Positions 40,870 through 51,300 of a DNA stretch of 64,000 bases are shown here, piece after piece. A program made the position numbers and the translations under genes. The notes below the pieces were generated by a model that did no database searches, had not been told where the DNA came from, and was given only the letters and a program-made list of their open reading frames with translations. The stretch lies in the NCBI GenBank assembly GCA_964016885.1, contig OZ024741.1, positions 36,952,001-37,016,000 of the forward strand, given 5' to 3'. The DNA comes from Eledone cirrhosa (Eukaryota). Every line of letters begins with the position of its first letter. The stretch's first letter is position 1.

Positions 40870-42080
40870 AGAGACGATTATTAGGAAGAAAAATATATTT
40901 TTTTCCTTTTTTGTTTCTCTCTCTCTTTTTTCTGGGTTAGAAAATGATTAAAACGAAATGTTTTACTTTGTGTGAAGTGTTAAGGTATTAGTTGATTTAT
41001 TTATTATTTAACAATGGCATTTATTTATCTATTTATATATTTAATAATTGTCTATTACCGGTTTCAGCATTTATATGCATTATCAAATGATAGTGAAATG
41101 TATTAGTGTGGTGTCGCACATGTGAAACAGAAGGTGCAGAAAGAATAATGTTATTTACAAACAAGGTTTATAAAGTGAAAAGAATAAAGAAAAAACAAAA
41201 AGAAAACGGACATAATGTAGAGAGTTAATATGCAAGGGGAAGCAATTCTTGCTGGATGATATTTAATTTATTTAAGAAAAAGGATTAGGTAGGGTGTGAG
41301 GGAGGTAACTCTTGTAAATGTTTGATTGTTTGTTGCAGTTTTAGATTGGTCCGATTTTTAGAGCATTAAGTAAGGGTTGGAATTTGTTAATGAAATATGT
41401 TTCCTTATTGGTACGTTGGATGAAAGTAGCGTTGTCTATGAATTTGTAAATGAGGAAAATTTTAAAGTTTGGATGTTGGTTGTGAGCACAATCTTTCTGT
41501 ATTCCTGTATTTTAATTTGTGATTATGGACGGTCATACGTTGACGGAGGCTGTTTTTTGTCTGTTCTATGTAATGCTCTTGACAACCTGAGCAGGTCAAA
41601 ACATAGATTAGGTTTTTAGATGCACATGTAAAGTTGTGTTTAACTGTGAAACGCTGTCCTTGTTTAAAATGGAATGTTGAACCTTCTATTAGATTTATGC
41701 ATATGCCACAGTTGGGCCTTCCGCATTTTGTTACTGTAGGGTTCATTGTGAGGGTTTGTTGGATTTTGGCTTGTGTGAGGATGTTTTTTATGGATTTAGG
41801 TTGTCTTTTGCTCTTTATGATGTTGTGTGTTTGGAGGATATTGTTCATTCTTGGGTCTCTTTTTAGTAAAGGAATGTTCTGGAGGATGGTGTCGAATGCC
41901 TCATTGTTGAGGAGGTTGTGTGTGGAGATGTATGGTAGAGTTTTTTGTTGCGGTTCATTTTTGGGTTTGGGGGGGGGGTCTGAGTTCCTGGATGTCTAGT
42001 TTTAGGGCACGTTGGAATCCATTGTTGATTAGGGATGGTGGGTAGGTTCTGCTGATAAGTGTGTTTTTTAATTCTTCTAG
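40870..42080 (-). mobile_element. Decayed Penelope-like element (GIY-YIG endonuclease end and 3' region)
   Basis: KCGRPNCGIC...FTCASKNLIYVLTCSGCQEHYIEQTKNSLRQRMTVH (C-x4-C-x2-C linker; LIY...YI(G>E)QT..LRQR..H). Confidence 0.9.
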
Positions 42081-42113
<33 letters not shown>

Positions 42114-42344
42114 CTTAGTTTACTGACGTGTTTTATGTCGGAAACATTTATTTATTGGAGATAAAATATGTATAATTCTCGAACCTGGTGTCTCGTGGCG
42201 CCGACACAACAGATATTGCTTTGTTCATTGCAAGATTAAGAAGTCCCTTTTATTCCACACAGTTTCCTCACTTTGAACGCAAATGTGCTTAAGATAATGT
42301 GATTATCAGGGTAGGGGACGATAATCAGAAGGTTGAAAAAGGGG

Positions 42345-42440
42345 GAGGCTATAATAGAAAACATTTGCTCAAGATGTCACACAGTGAGATGGAACTTTAA
42401 AGCACATTGTTGCAAGGCAAATATCGTAACTGTAGAGCCA
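42345..42440 (-). mobile_element. Decayed family C SINE head
   Basis: ggctataatagaaaacatttgctcaagatgtcacacagtg resembles 3528-3570. Confidence 0.5.
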
Positions 42441-42811
42441 GTATATACAATGGAATATCCAATATATAGATAGTGCTCCTTAGCAACAAAATAACAGCAG
42501 GCATCATTTGCTGATAAACGAAAGAAAAAAATCTTACGTCAGTTGTTAAAAATACTCCATGTCCGGCGATAATGAATCAAAACCAGACATAACAATATCT
42601 TTCCCATGATTTTTGTCTACAATAAAACATCAATGAAAAATGTTACTAAAGTCATTTCATTCGAAAGATAAGACTCGAGGAAAACATTTTTAGTAATGCT
42701 GATAGACTCAGTAAATTTATTTTCTCTTTACAAAATCTAGGCATAATCTCAGCTGCGTATATTATTTTCAATTATTCGCACCACATCATAAAATATATTT
42801 ATGTGTATATA

Positions 42812-43889
42812 GGAAGGTCGACTGAAGGTTCATAAGCTGACCAAGATACTCTCATGGAATGACCAAATGAGGTTTATTTTGCAGCATAGTCCCTGGAAAG
42901 AAACAATGCAGCTATCAATAAGAAGTTTTGCTACAGTGGAGAGAGCTAAGTTTGTCAGTTCCTGATACTGACGAGGATAAGAGATGGAATCAGTGTTTGA
43001 GTGAAACATTTAACTCTCTCTTTGAGCATTCTGATAAATTTTCTGGGTGACATTTGCTTTCTGCTAGCGCGAAATTCTTTGGGGACTAGATTGATGCCTT
43101 GCCTGCAGCCAACATTGGTGATCTTCTTGGGCGAGATATGCATCTCCATTGTATTCCGAGTAGAAGCTGATGTCTGTGGGGGTCTAAGATGTTGCTGTGG
43201 TAGGTCCCTCGACTCTACAGGCCTCCATCGTTTGTCTTGCCGCCTGAATGCTGGTCGCTTCGCTTGCCACATCGTGCTAAACCTGATCATTAAGTGGGCA
43301 CTAGTTCAGGTAAATATCCCCTCAGATCTGGAGCCAGCTAGATTATCCAGAATTGATGGGAAGAGACCAAATGGTCTTACTTTTTGTCCATGGGTAAGAG
43401 GCAGATGTCTCATCTAGGACGCCACAGTCAGTGACTCTTTTGCTCCCCCCCCCATGAATGCCACGGTAAATGTGAGGGTCACTGCTTCTGTTTCCAAACA
43501 ATAAAATCCTAAAATACGGGGAACTATCAAATAACTATTTTTTCCAGTTTGTGACGTTCAAGACGTTTACTGGAGCTGGGCTGTTGGTTCCACTTGGAGT
43601 GAATCGATGGTTGTTTTTTCCTTTCCTTTTCTTTTTCTCCACTTTGACCATATACTTTCATGCATTACATTTGTGAGGTTCCTAACAATAATTTATTGTA
43701 TTTATTATATGTCTATATTTTCACTCTGTAAGAATTATAAACAATTTGTAATGTTATTTATACAACTGTGCATAATAAAAAAAATATAGTTTTAAAAAAA
43801 ATGAAGAGTTGGTATTAATGCATACAAGATTTCACAGCTCTAGCATAACTCCTTCATAGTCAGCCTATGAACTTTACAACCCACCCTTG
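42812..43889. mobile_element. Old mariner-type non-autonomous element, interrupted by a CRE-like copy
   Basis: Imperfect TIRs ta|ggaaggtcgactgaaggttcataagctgac and gtcagcctatgaactttacaacccacccttg|ta. Confidence 0.65.
42950..43800 (+). mobile_element. CRE-like element 3' portion
   Basis: CCCGRSLDSTGLHRLSCRLNAGRFACHIVLN...LEPARLSRIDGKRPNGLTFCPWVRGRCLI*DATVSD; 3'UTR like 14230-14390; A-rich end. Confidence 0.85.
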
Positions 43890-43896
43890 TATAGTG

Positions 43897-44195
43897 AATG
43901 CCCATGGTTTAATGGTTAGTATGTTTGACTCCTGATTGTAAGATCATGAGTTCGGTTCTTGAACAAGATACTTTATTTATATGTTGCTCCAGTTCACTTA
44001 GCTGGCAAAAATGAGTTGTACCTCTAATTTAAAAGGACCAGCCTTGTCATGTACTGTACCATGCTGAGTCTCCCTGAATACTGCATTATGGATGTATGCG
44101 TCTGTGGATTGTTTAGCCACTTGCATGTTAATTTCCCGAGCAGGCTGTGTGAACAACTGGAATACTCGTCTCCACAACTGATGAAGGTACAACAA
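43897..44195 (+). mobile_element. tRNA-head SINE, family A
   Basis: tggtttaatggttag...gagttcggttc...ttgctccagttcacttagctggcaaaaatgag...agccacttgcatgttaatttc; homologous to 1040-1350. Confidence 0.75.
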
Positions 44196-44355
44196 ACACA
44201 CATACTTTTGCGTGTGTATATGTATGTGTATATATGTATGTATATATGTGTATGTATATGTGTATAGATGTATATGTGTATATATGTCTGTGTAAACATG
44301 TATATGTGTATATATGTATGTGTAAATATGTATATATATATATACATATTTACAC

Positions 44356-44870
44356 ATATCAAAAGTATATATTGAGTTAGAAACTCAAAATAGTCTCTTA
44401 CAATTAAATAGCTCAAGGAAAGAGATTTTTCCGAGCTGTATATTATAATTGAATATAAAAGAGAAATAAACACACATATATAGACATATCTGTTCAAACC
44501 GTAAGGGACCAGGCTCGCTAGGGTGAAAAAAATACTAACTATAACCAATACGGTTTGCCAGACTCAATTTAAAAGAATAAATCAAGAAAATAAATACAAA
44601 CCGGTATGGGGTAACTACCAAACACACATACAGCTTTTGGTGGAACTGTTTCGCAATTTAAATGAAGAAGATTACCAATTCTTTGCTCATCAGTGGGTGT
44701 AAAATTTGTAAACTTCTAAGTATCTCAGATGACTGAATATTGTGCGTATATAAAATAATGCACATGGTATCAATACCCAGCGTGTCTCACAAACCTATCT
44801 TTACTCGACATTTAAGTTAGCTCAACAAATTGACGGAGCCGAATATATCAAAAGTATATATTGTGTTAGA
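44356..44870 (-). mobile_element. 489-bp unit with 26-bp terminal direct repeat carrying a hammerhead ribozyme (retrozyme-like)
   Basis: atatcaaaagtatatattg(a/t)gttaga at 44356-44381 and 44845-44870; (TATATG)-type microsatellite on both sides. Confidence 0.65.
44622..44700 (-). ncRNA. Type I hammerhead ribozyme
   Basis: Minus strand: ACACCCA-CUGAUGA-GCAA...UUGC-GAA-ACAGUU-ccaccaaa-AGCUGU-A^UGUGUGU. Core intact; stem II 4 bp, stem III 6 bp, stem I 6 of 7 bp. Confidence 0.85.
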
Positions 44871-44999
44871 TATATATATATATGTAAATATGTATATGTA
44901 TATATATGTATATCTGTGTATATGTATGTGTAAATGTATGTATACGTATGTGTATATGTATGTGTAAATATGTATATGTGTATATATCTATGTCTGTGA

Positions 45000-45114
45000 A
45001 AATACCGAACCTCACAAAGGAAATGCTGAATAAATGTAAGAAATGGAGGAAAGCTGTGCTGGAGAAGACTTGTCCAACACATGCAAGCATGGGAAAGTGG
45101 AAGTAAATATGATG

Positions 45115-45175
<61 letters not shown>

Positions 45176-45240
45176 CCACCATCACCACCACCATCATCAT
45201 CATCATCACATCATCACCACCATCATCATCATCATCATGT
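45000..45240 (+). mobile_element. RTE LINE 3' end followed by (CAT)n tract
   Basis: ctcacaaaggaaatg...tggaggaaagctgtgctggagaagacttgtccaacacatgcaagcatgg parallels 10687-10790. Confidence 0.7.
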
Positions 45241-45289
45241 ATGTAGGAGTATAGTATTAGTGTCATGATGAAAATACTCTCCAGCTAAG

Positions 45290-45545
45290 GACATAACAAC
45301 CTCTCTAGTGTTGGTGACAATAAAATGCACCCAGTACACTCTGTGAATTGGTTGGTATTAGGAAGGGCATCCTGTTGTAGAAGCCATGCCAGAATTGACA
45401 CGTATTAGCAAGACATAGTCTACCAACTCATTAAGGAGAACTGTAACTCTTGGGTAAGAATTTCCACCATAACAGCCCATGAAACCTATGGCAACATGGA
45501 AAGAAGACATCATCATCATCATCATCATCACCACCAGCATCATCT
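45290..45545 (+). mobile_element. SINE 3' part with RTE-type tail
   Basis: gcacccagtacactctgt...ttaggaagggcatcc...catggaaagaagacat(cat)n. Confidence 0.55.
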
Positions 45546-45820
45546 AATTTGAAACTCCTTGGGCACACTCATCTACAAGAACCGAAAAAAAAAAAATGTT
45601 TTTTTCAAGGATGATGTCAAGGGAATAATTCTTGTAAAAAGAGAATGTTTTCAAGGCAACATCTCTGAATTTAATTTTGATCCAAGAATTACCATTCTAA
45701 TTTCTCCATCTACAATTTTATGTTGTTTGATTTTTTCTTATCATCTAAACTATAATAAAGTAAGAAGCGCGGGACTGCGTACGGTTTATAATTATTTAAC
45801 CCCTTAGTAAAATATGTTGG

Positions 45821-45965
45821 ATTACTTTGAATAAATAATTGTTTCTACTTTAGGCACAAGGCCAGCAATTACCCAGTGCATTACTGGTACTTTATTTTAT
45901 CGACCCCGTAAGGATGAAAGGCAAAGTCAACCTCGGCGGGATTTGAATTACTTTGAATAAATAAT
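45821..45965 (-). mobile_element. 5'-truncated family B SINE with 19-bp TSD
   Basis: attactttgaataaataat at 45821-45839 and 45947-45965. Confidence 0.9.
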
Positions 45966-46304
45966 GAATGAATATTACATAATTTATCTACTAAATTTCG
46001 TGGCTGTTCATTAAATATATTTTATTACTTATTTAAAGATTCACTTCTTTAAAATTTTCAATATCAACACTTCCGGTTAGCGATCGTTTAAATAAATATT
46101 CATAGTCACTAATTTTTTCCTAATGCAGTTTATATATAATATCGTCTTTATAAAATGTATAATGGATTACGTTACTGATTGCATAAGACAGTATAACACA
46201 GTCTCTCTTCAATTTCTGTGTATATTGTCAATTACGATTTTATTTGATGTATCATATCTACATGTATATATACTTGCGTATAATATCAATTTACACACTA
46301 CACA

Positions 46305-46345
46305 TGCTAGCAGAAAACCACCCGAGGGTGGTTTTTCTGCTAGTA
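46305..46345. repeat. Near-perfect palindrome
   Basis: ctagcagaaaaccaccc-ga-gggtggtttttctgctag (one-base indel). Confidence 0.9.
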
Positions 46346-46564
46346 TTTCTAATGTAAGACATTGTCTCTGATTTTCAAATAATGTTGGAAAATATACACA
46401 ACTTAATAAATGAGTAACTAGATGAATAATGAGAAAAATACTATAAATATTTAAATACAGAAAAGGAAGGGAAAAGCAAGGGCTCTAGGCCACAAAAGGG
46501 GGAGGATGATGGGCTCTTGGCCTAGGGCGTGGCCGTGTTGGAGCTGCACGCCCGTGGACAATCA

Positions 46565-46803
46565 TTATTACACTAACGTTTAAGGGCGGTGGATTGGTAG
46601 TATCGGTAGAGAGTCGGATGCCATGCTTTGTAGCATAGAGTTACGGGCCTGTATGATCTGAGTTCAAATTCCGCCGAGGTTTACTTTACCTTTCATCCTT
46701 ACGGGGTCGATAAAATAAATTACCAGTCACGCACGGGGGGGGGGGGGTCGATTTAATTGCTGGCCTTGTGCCAATATAAGAAATCCTTATTACACTAACG
46801 TTT
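46565..46803 (+). mobile_element. Full-length family B SINE with 17-bp TSD
   Basis: ttattacactaacgttt at 46565-46581 and 46787-46803. Confidence 0.92.
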
Positions 46804-47071
46804 GGAACATAATTGTAACAAGATTTTTAAAATACATATATAAGCATATTAAACACTTTGGTATGATAGAATCATGAAGGGTTTCAAGTGGTTTGATATT
46901 AAGAGTTTATGGCTTTTGCCACGTTCTTTGATGATAGTTATTCACATATGAAATGGCCATGCCATTCAACAATATTTAAGATTGTATTTCTACACACATC
47001 AAAAACATGGAATCTATTACACTTATCACTGAGTTCTTTCATGACATTATATATTTGTCCGTTGAGAATAG

Positions 47072-48330
47072 ATTGTTGTTGTTGTTGTGATGGTGGTGTG
47101 GTGGTGTTGGTGGTGTGGTGGTGGTGTGGTGGGGGAGGGGTGGTGGTGGTGTGGTGGTGGTGGTGTGGTGGTGGTATGGTGGTGGTGGTGCTCGTAGTGC
47201 TGGTGTGGTGGTGGTGGTGGTGATGGTTGTGGTGGTGGTGGTGGTGGTGATGTGGTGGTGGTGTGGTGGGGGAGGGGTGGTAGTGGTGTGGTGGTGGTGT
47301 GGTGGTGGTGGTGTGGTGGTGGTATGGTGGTGGTGGTGCTCGTAGTGCTGGTGTGGTGGTGGTGGTGGTGATGGTGGTGGTGGTGGTGGTGGTGGTGATG
47401 GTGGTGTGGTAGTGGTGGTGGTGGTCGTGGTGGTGGTGGTATTGGTGCTATGGTGGTGGTGGTGGTTGTGGTGGTAGTGGTGTGGTGGTAGTGGTGGTAG
47501 TGGTAGTGGTAGTGGTGGTAGTGGTGGTGGTTGTGGTGGTAGTGGTAGTGGTAGTGGTGGTGGTGGTGGTGGTAGTGGTGGTGGTGGTGGTGGTGGTGGT
47601 GATGGTGGTGGTGATGGTGGTGTAGTAGTGGTGGTGGTGGTGGTGTGGTGGTGGTGGTGGTGGTGGTGGTGGTGGAGGTAGTCATACTATAGTTGTTGTT
47701 GTTGTGATCATGGTGGTCTTGGATTTGTTGTTGTTTATGTTGTTGTTACTGTTGTTGTTGTTGGTTTTATTTGCCTTGCTGTTGTTGTTGATGATGATAG
47801 TGATAGTTTAGTTGTTGTTGTTGTTGTTGGTGGTGGTGGTAGTGGTAGTGGTAGTGGTAGTGGTGGTAGTGGTGGTGGTAGTGGTGGTAGTTGTAGTGGT
47901 GGTGGTGGTAGTGGTGGTAGTGGTGGTCGTGGCGGTTGTAGTAGTAGTGGTGGTGGTGGTGGTAGTAGAGGTGGTAGTGGTGGTGGTGGTGGTGGAGGTG
48001 GTGGTGGTAGTGGTGGTGGTGGTGGAGGTAGTCATACTATAGTTGTTGTTGTTGTTGTGATCATGGTGGTCTTGGATTTGTTGTTGTTTATGTTGTTGTT
48101 ACTGTTGTTGTTGTTGGTTTTATTTGCCTTGCTGTTGTTGATGATGATAGTGATAGTTTAGTTGTTGTTGTTGTTGTTGGTGGTGGTGGTCTTATTTGCA
48201 TTGCTGTTGTTGTTGTTGATGATGGTGATAGTCTTGTTGTTGTTGTTGGTGGTGGTCTTATTTGCTCTGCTGTTGAAGTAGTGGTGGTGGTAGCCTTGTT
48301 ATAAGCCTTGTTGTAGTTGTGGTGGTAGTA
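47072..48330. repeat. (GGT/GTT/GTA)n degenerate microsatellite with local 148-bp and 350-bp duplications
   Basis: ctcgtagtgctgg at 47191 and 47339; ggtggaggtagtcatactat at 47671 and 48021. Confidence 0.9.
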
Positions 48331-51300
48331 GTGGTAGTTGTTATTAGTAGTCTTGGTGGTGGTGTTGTAGTTGTTGTGGTGGTAGTGGTAGTTGTTCTTA
48401 GTAGTCTTGGTGGTGGTGTTGTAGTTGTTGTAGTGGTAGTAGTCTTGGTAGTGTTGTTGTGCTGGTAGTAGTGGTGGTTGTTCTTAGTAGTCTTGGTGGT
48501 GTTGTTGTGGAGGTAGTAGTGGTAGTTGTTCTTAGTAGTCTTGGTGGTGTTGTTGTGGTGGTAGTAGTGGTGGTTGTTCTTAGTAGTATTGGTGGTGTTG
48601 TTGTGGAGGTAGTAGTGGTAGTTGTTCTTAGTAGTCTGGGTGGTGTTGTTGTGGTGGTAGTAGAGGTGGTTGTTCTTAGTAGTCTTGGTGGTGTTGTTGT
48701 GGTGGTAGTAGTGTTAGTTGTTCTTAGTAGTCTTGGTGGTGTTGTTGTGGAGGTAGTAGTGGTAGTTGTTCTTAGTAGTCTTGGTGGTGTTGTTGTGGTG
48801 GTAGTAGTGGTGGTTGTTCTTAGTAGTCTTGGTGTTGTTGTTGTGGTGGTAGTAGTGGTAGTTGTTCTTAGTAGTCTTGGTGGTGTTGTTGTGGTGGTAG
48901 TAGTGGTAGTTGTTCTTAGTAGTCTTGGTGGTGTTGTTGTGGTGGTAGTAGTGGTAGTTGTTCTTAGTAGTCTTGGTGGTGTTGTTGTGGAGGTAGTAGT
49001 GGTGGTTGTTCTTAGTAGTCTTGGTGGTGTTGTTGTGGAGGTAGTAGTGGTAGTTGTTCTTAGTAGTTATGGTGGTGTTGTTGTGGTGGTTGTAGTGGCA
49101 GTTGTTCTTAATAGTCTTGGTGGTGTTGTTGTGGTGGTAGTAGTGGTAGTTGTTCTTAGTAGACTTGGTGGTGTTGTTGTGGTGGTAGTAGTGGTGGTTG
49201 TTCTTAGTAGACTTGGTGGTGTTGTTGTGGTGGTAGTAGTGGTAGTTGTTCTTAGTAGTCTTGGTGGTGGTGTTGTGGTGGTAGTAAAGTGGTTGTTCTT
49301 AGTAGTCTTGGTGTTGTTGTTGTGGTGGTAGTAAAGTGGTTGTTCTTAGTAGTCTTGGTGGTGTTGTTGTGGAGGTAGTAGTGGTGGTTGATCTTAGTAG
49401 TCTTGGTGGTGTTGTTGTGGTGGTAGTAGTGGTGGTTGTTCGTAGTAGTCTTGGTGGTGTTGTTGTGGTGGTAGTAGAGGTGGTTGTTCTTAGTAGTCTT
49501 GGTGGTGTTGTTGTGGTGGTAGTAGTGGTGGTTGTTCGTAGTAGTCTTGGTGGTGTTGTTGTGGAGGTAGTAGTGGTAGTTGTTCTTAGTAATCTTTGTG
49601 GTGTTGTTGTGGTGGTAGTAGTGGTGGTTGTTCTTACTAGTCTTGGTGATGTTGTTGTGGTGGTAGTAGTGGTAGTTGTTCTTACTAGTCTTGGTGATGT
49701 TGTTGTGGTGGTAGTAGTGGTAGTTGTTCTTAGTAATCTTTGTGGTGTTGTTGTGGTGGTAGTAGTGGTGGTTGTTCTTAGTAGTCTTGGTGGTGTTGTT
49801 GTGGTGGTAGTAGTGGTGGTTGTTCGTAGTAGTCTTGGTGGTGTTGTTGTGGAGGTAGTAGTGGTGGTTGTTCTTAGTAGTCTTGGTGGTGTTGTTGTGG
49901 AGGTAGTAGTGGTGGTTGTTCTTAGTAGTCTTGGTGGTGTTGTTGTGCTGGTAGTAGTGGTGGTTGTTCTTAGTAGTCTTGGTGGTGTTGTTGTGGTGGT
50001 AGTAGTGGTAGTTGTTCGTAGTAGTCTTGGTGGTGTTGTTGTGGAGGTAGTAGTGGTGGTTGTTCTTAGTAGTCTTGGTGGTGTTGTTGTGGTGGTAGTA
50101 GTGGTAGTTGTTCTTAGTAGTCTTGGTGGTGTTGTTGTGGAGGTAGTAGTGGTGGTTGTTCTTAGTAGTCTTGGTGGTGTTGTTGTGGTGGTAGTAGTGG
50201 TGGTTGTTCGTAGTAGTCTTGGTGGTGTTGTTGTGGAGGTAGTAGTGGTGGTTGTTCTTAGTAGTCTTGGTGGTGTTGTTGTGGTGGTAGTAGTGGTAGT
50301 TGTTCTTAGTAGTCTTGGTGGTGTTGTTGTGGAGGTAGTAGTGGTAGTTGTTCTTAGTAATCTTTGTGGTGTTGTTGTGGTGGTAGTAGTGGTAGTTGTT
50401 CTTACTAGTCTTGGTGATGTTGTTGTGGTGGTAGTAGTGGTAGTTGTTCTTAGTAATCTTTGTGGTGTTGTTGTGGTGGTAGTAGTGGTGGTTGTTCTTA
50501 GTAGAGTTGATGGTGTTGTTGTGGTGGTTGTAGTGGTAGTTGTTCTTAGTAGTCTTGGTGGTGTTGTTGTGGTGGTAGTAGTGGTAGTTGTTGAAAGTAG
50601 TCTTGGTGGTGTTGTTGTGGTGGTAGTAGTGGTGGTTGTTCTTAGTAGTCTTGGTGGTGTTGTTGTGGTGGTAGTAGTGGTAGTTGTTCTTAGTAGTCTT
50701 GGTGGTGTTGTTGTGGTGGTAGTAGTGGTAGTTGTTCTTACTAGTCTTGGTGGTATTGTTGTCGTGGTTGTAGTGTTAGTTGTTCTTAGTAGTCTTGGTG
50801 GTGTTGTTGTGGTGGTAGTAGTGGTAGTTGTTCTTAGTAGTCTTGGTGGTGTTGTTGTGGTGGTAGTAGTGGTAGTTGTTCTTAGTAGTCTTGGTGGTTT
50901 TGTTGTGGTGGTAGTAGTGGTAGTTGTTCTTAGTAGTCTTGGTGGTGTTGTTGTGGTGGTAGTAGTGGTAGTTGTTCTTACTAGTCTTGGTGGTGTTGTT
51001 GTGGTGGTAGTAGTGGTAGTTGTTCTTACTAGTCTTGGTGGTGTTGTTGTGGTGGTAGTAGTGGTAGTTGTTCTTAGTAGTCTTGGTGGTGTTGTTGTGG
51101 TGGTAGTAATGGTAGTTGTTCTTACTAGACTTAGTGGTGTTGTTGTGGTGGTTGTAGTGTTAGTCGTTCTTAGTAGTCTTGGTGGTGTTGTTGTGGTGGT
51201 AGTAGTGGTAGTTGTTCTTGGTAGTCTTGGTGGTGTTGTTGTGGTGGTTGTAGTGTTAGTTGTTCTTAGTAGTCTTGGTGGTGTTGTTGTGGTGGTAGTA

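Noticed and set aside
46480-46560. GC-rich patch with gggcgtg/cacgccc stem as a promoter or structured RNA
   Set aside because: Too short, with no supporting context.
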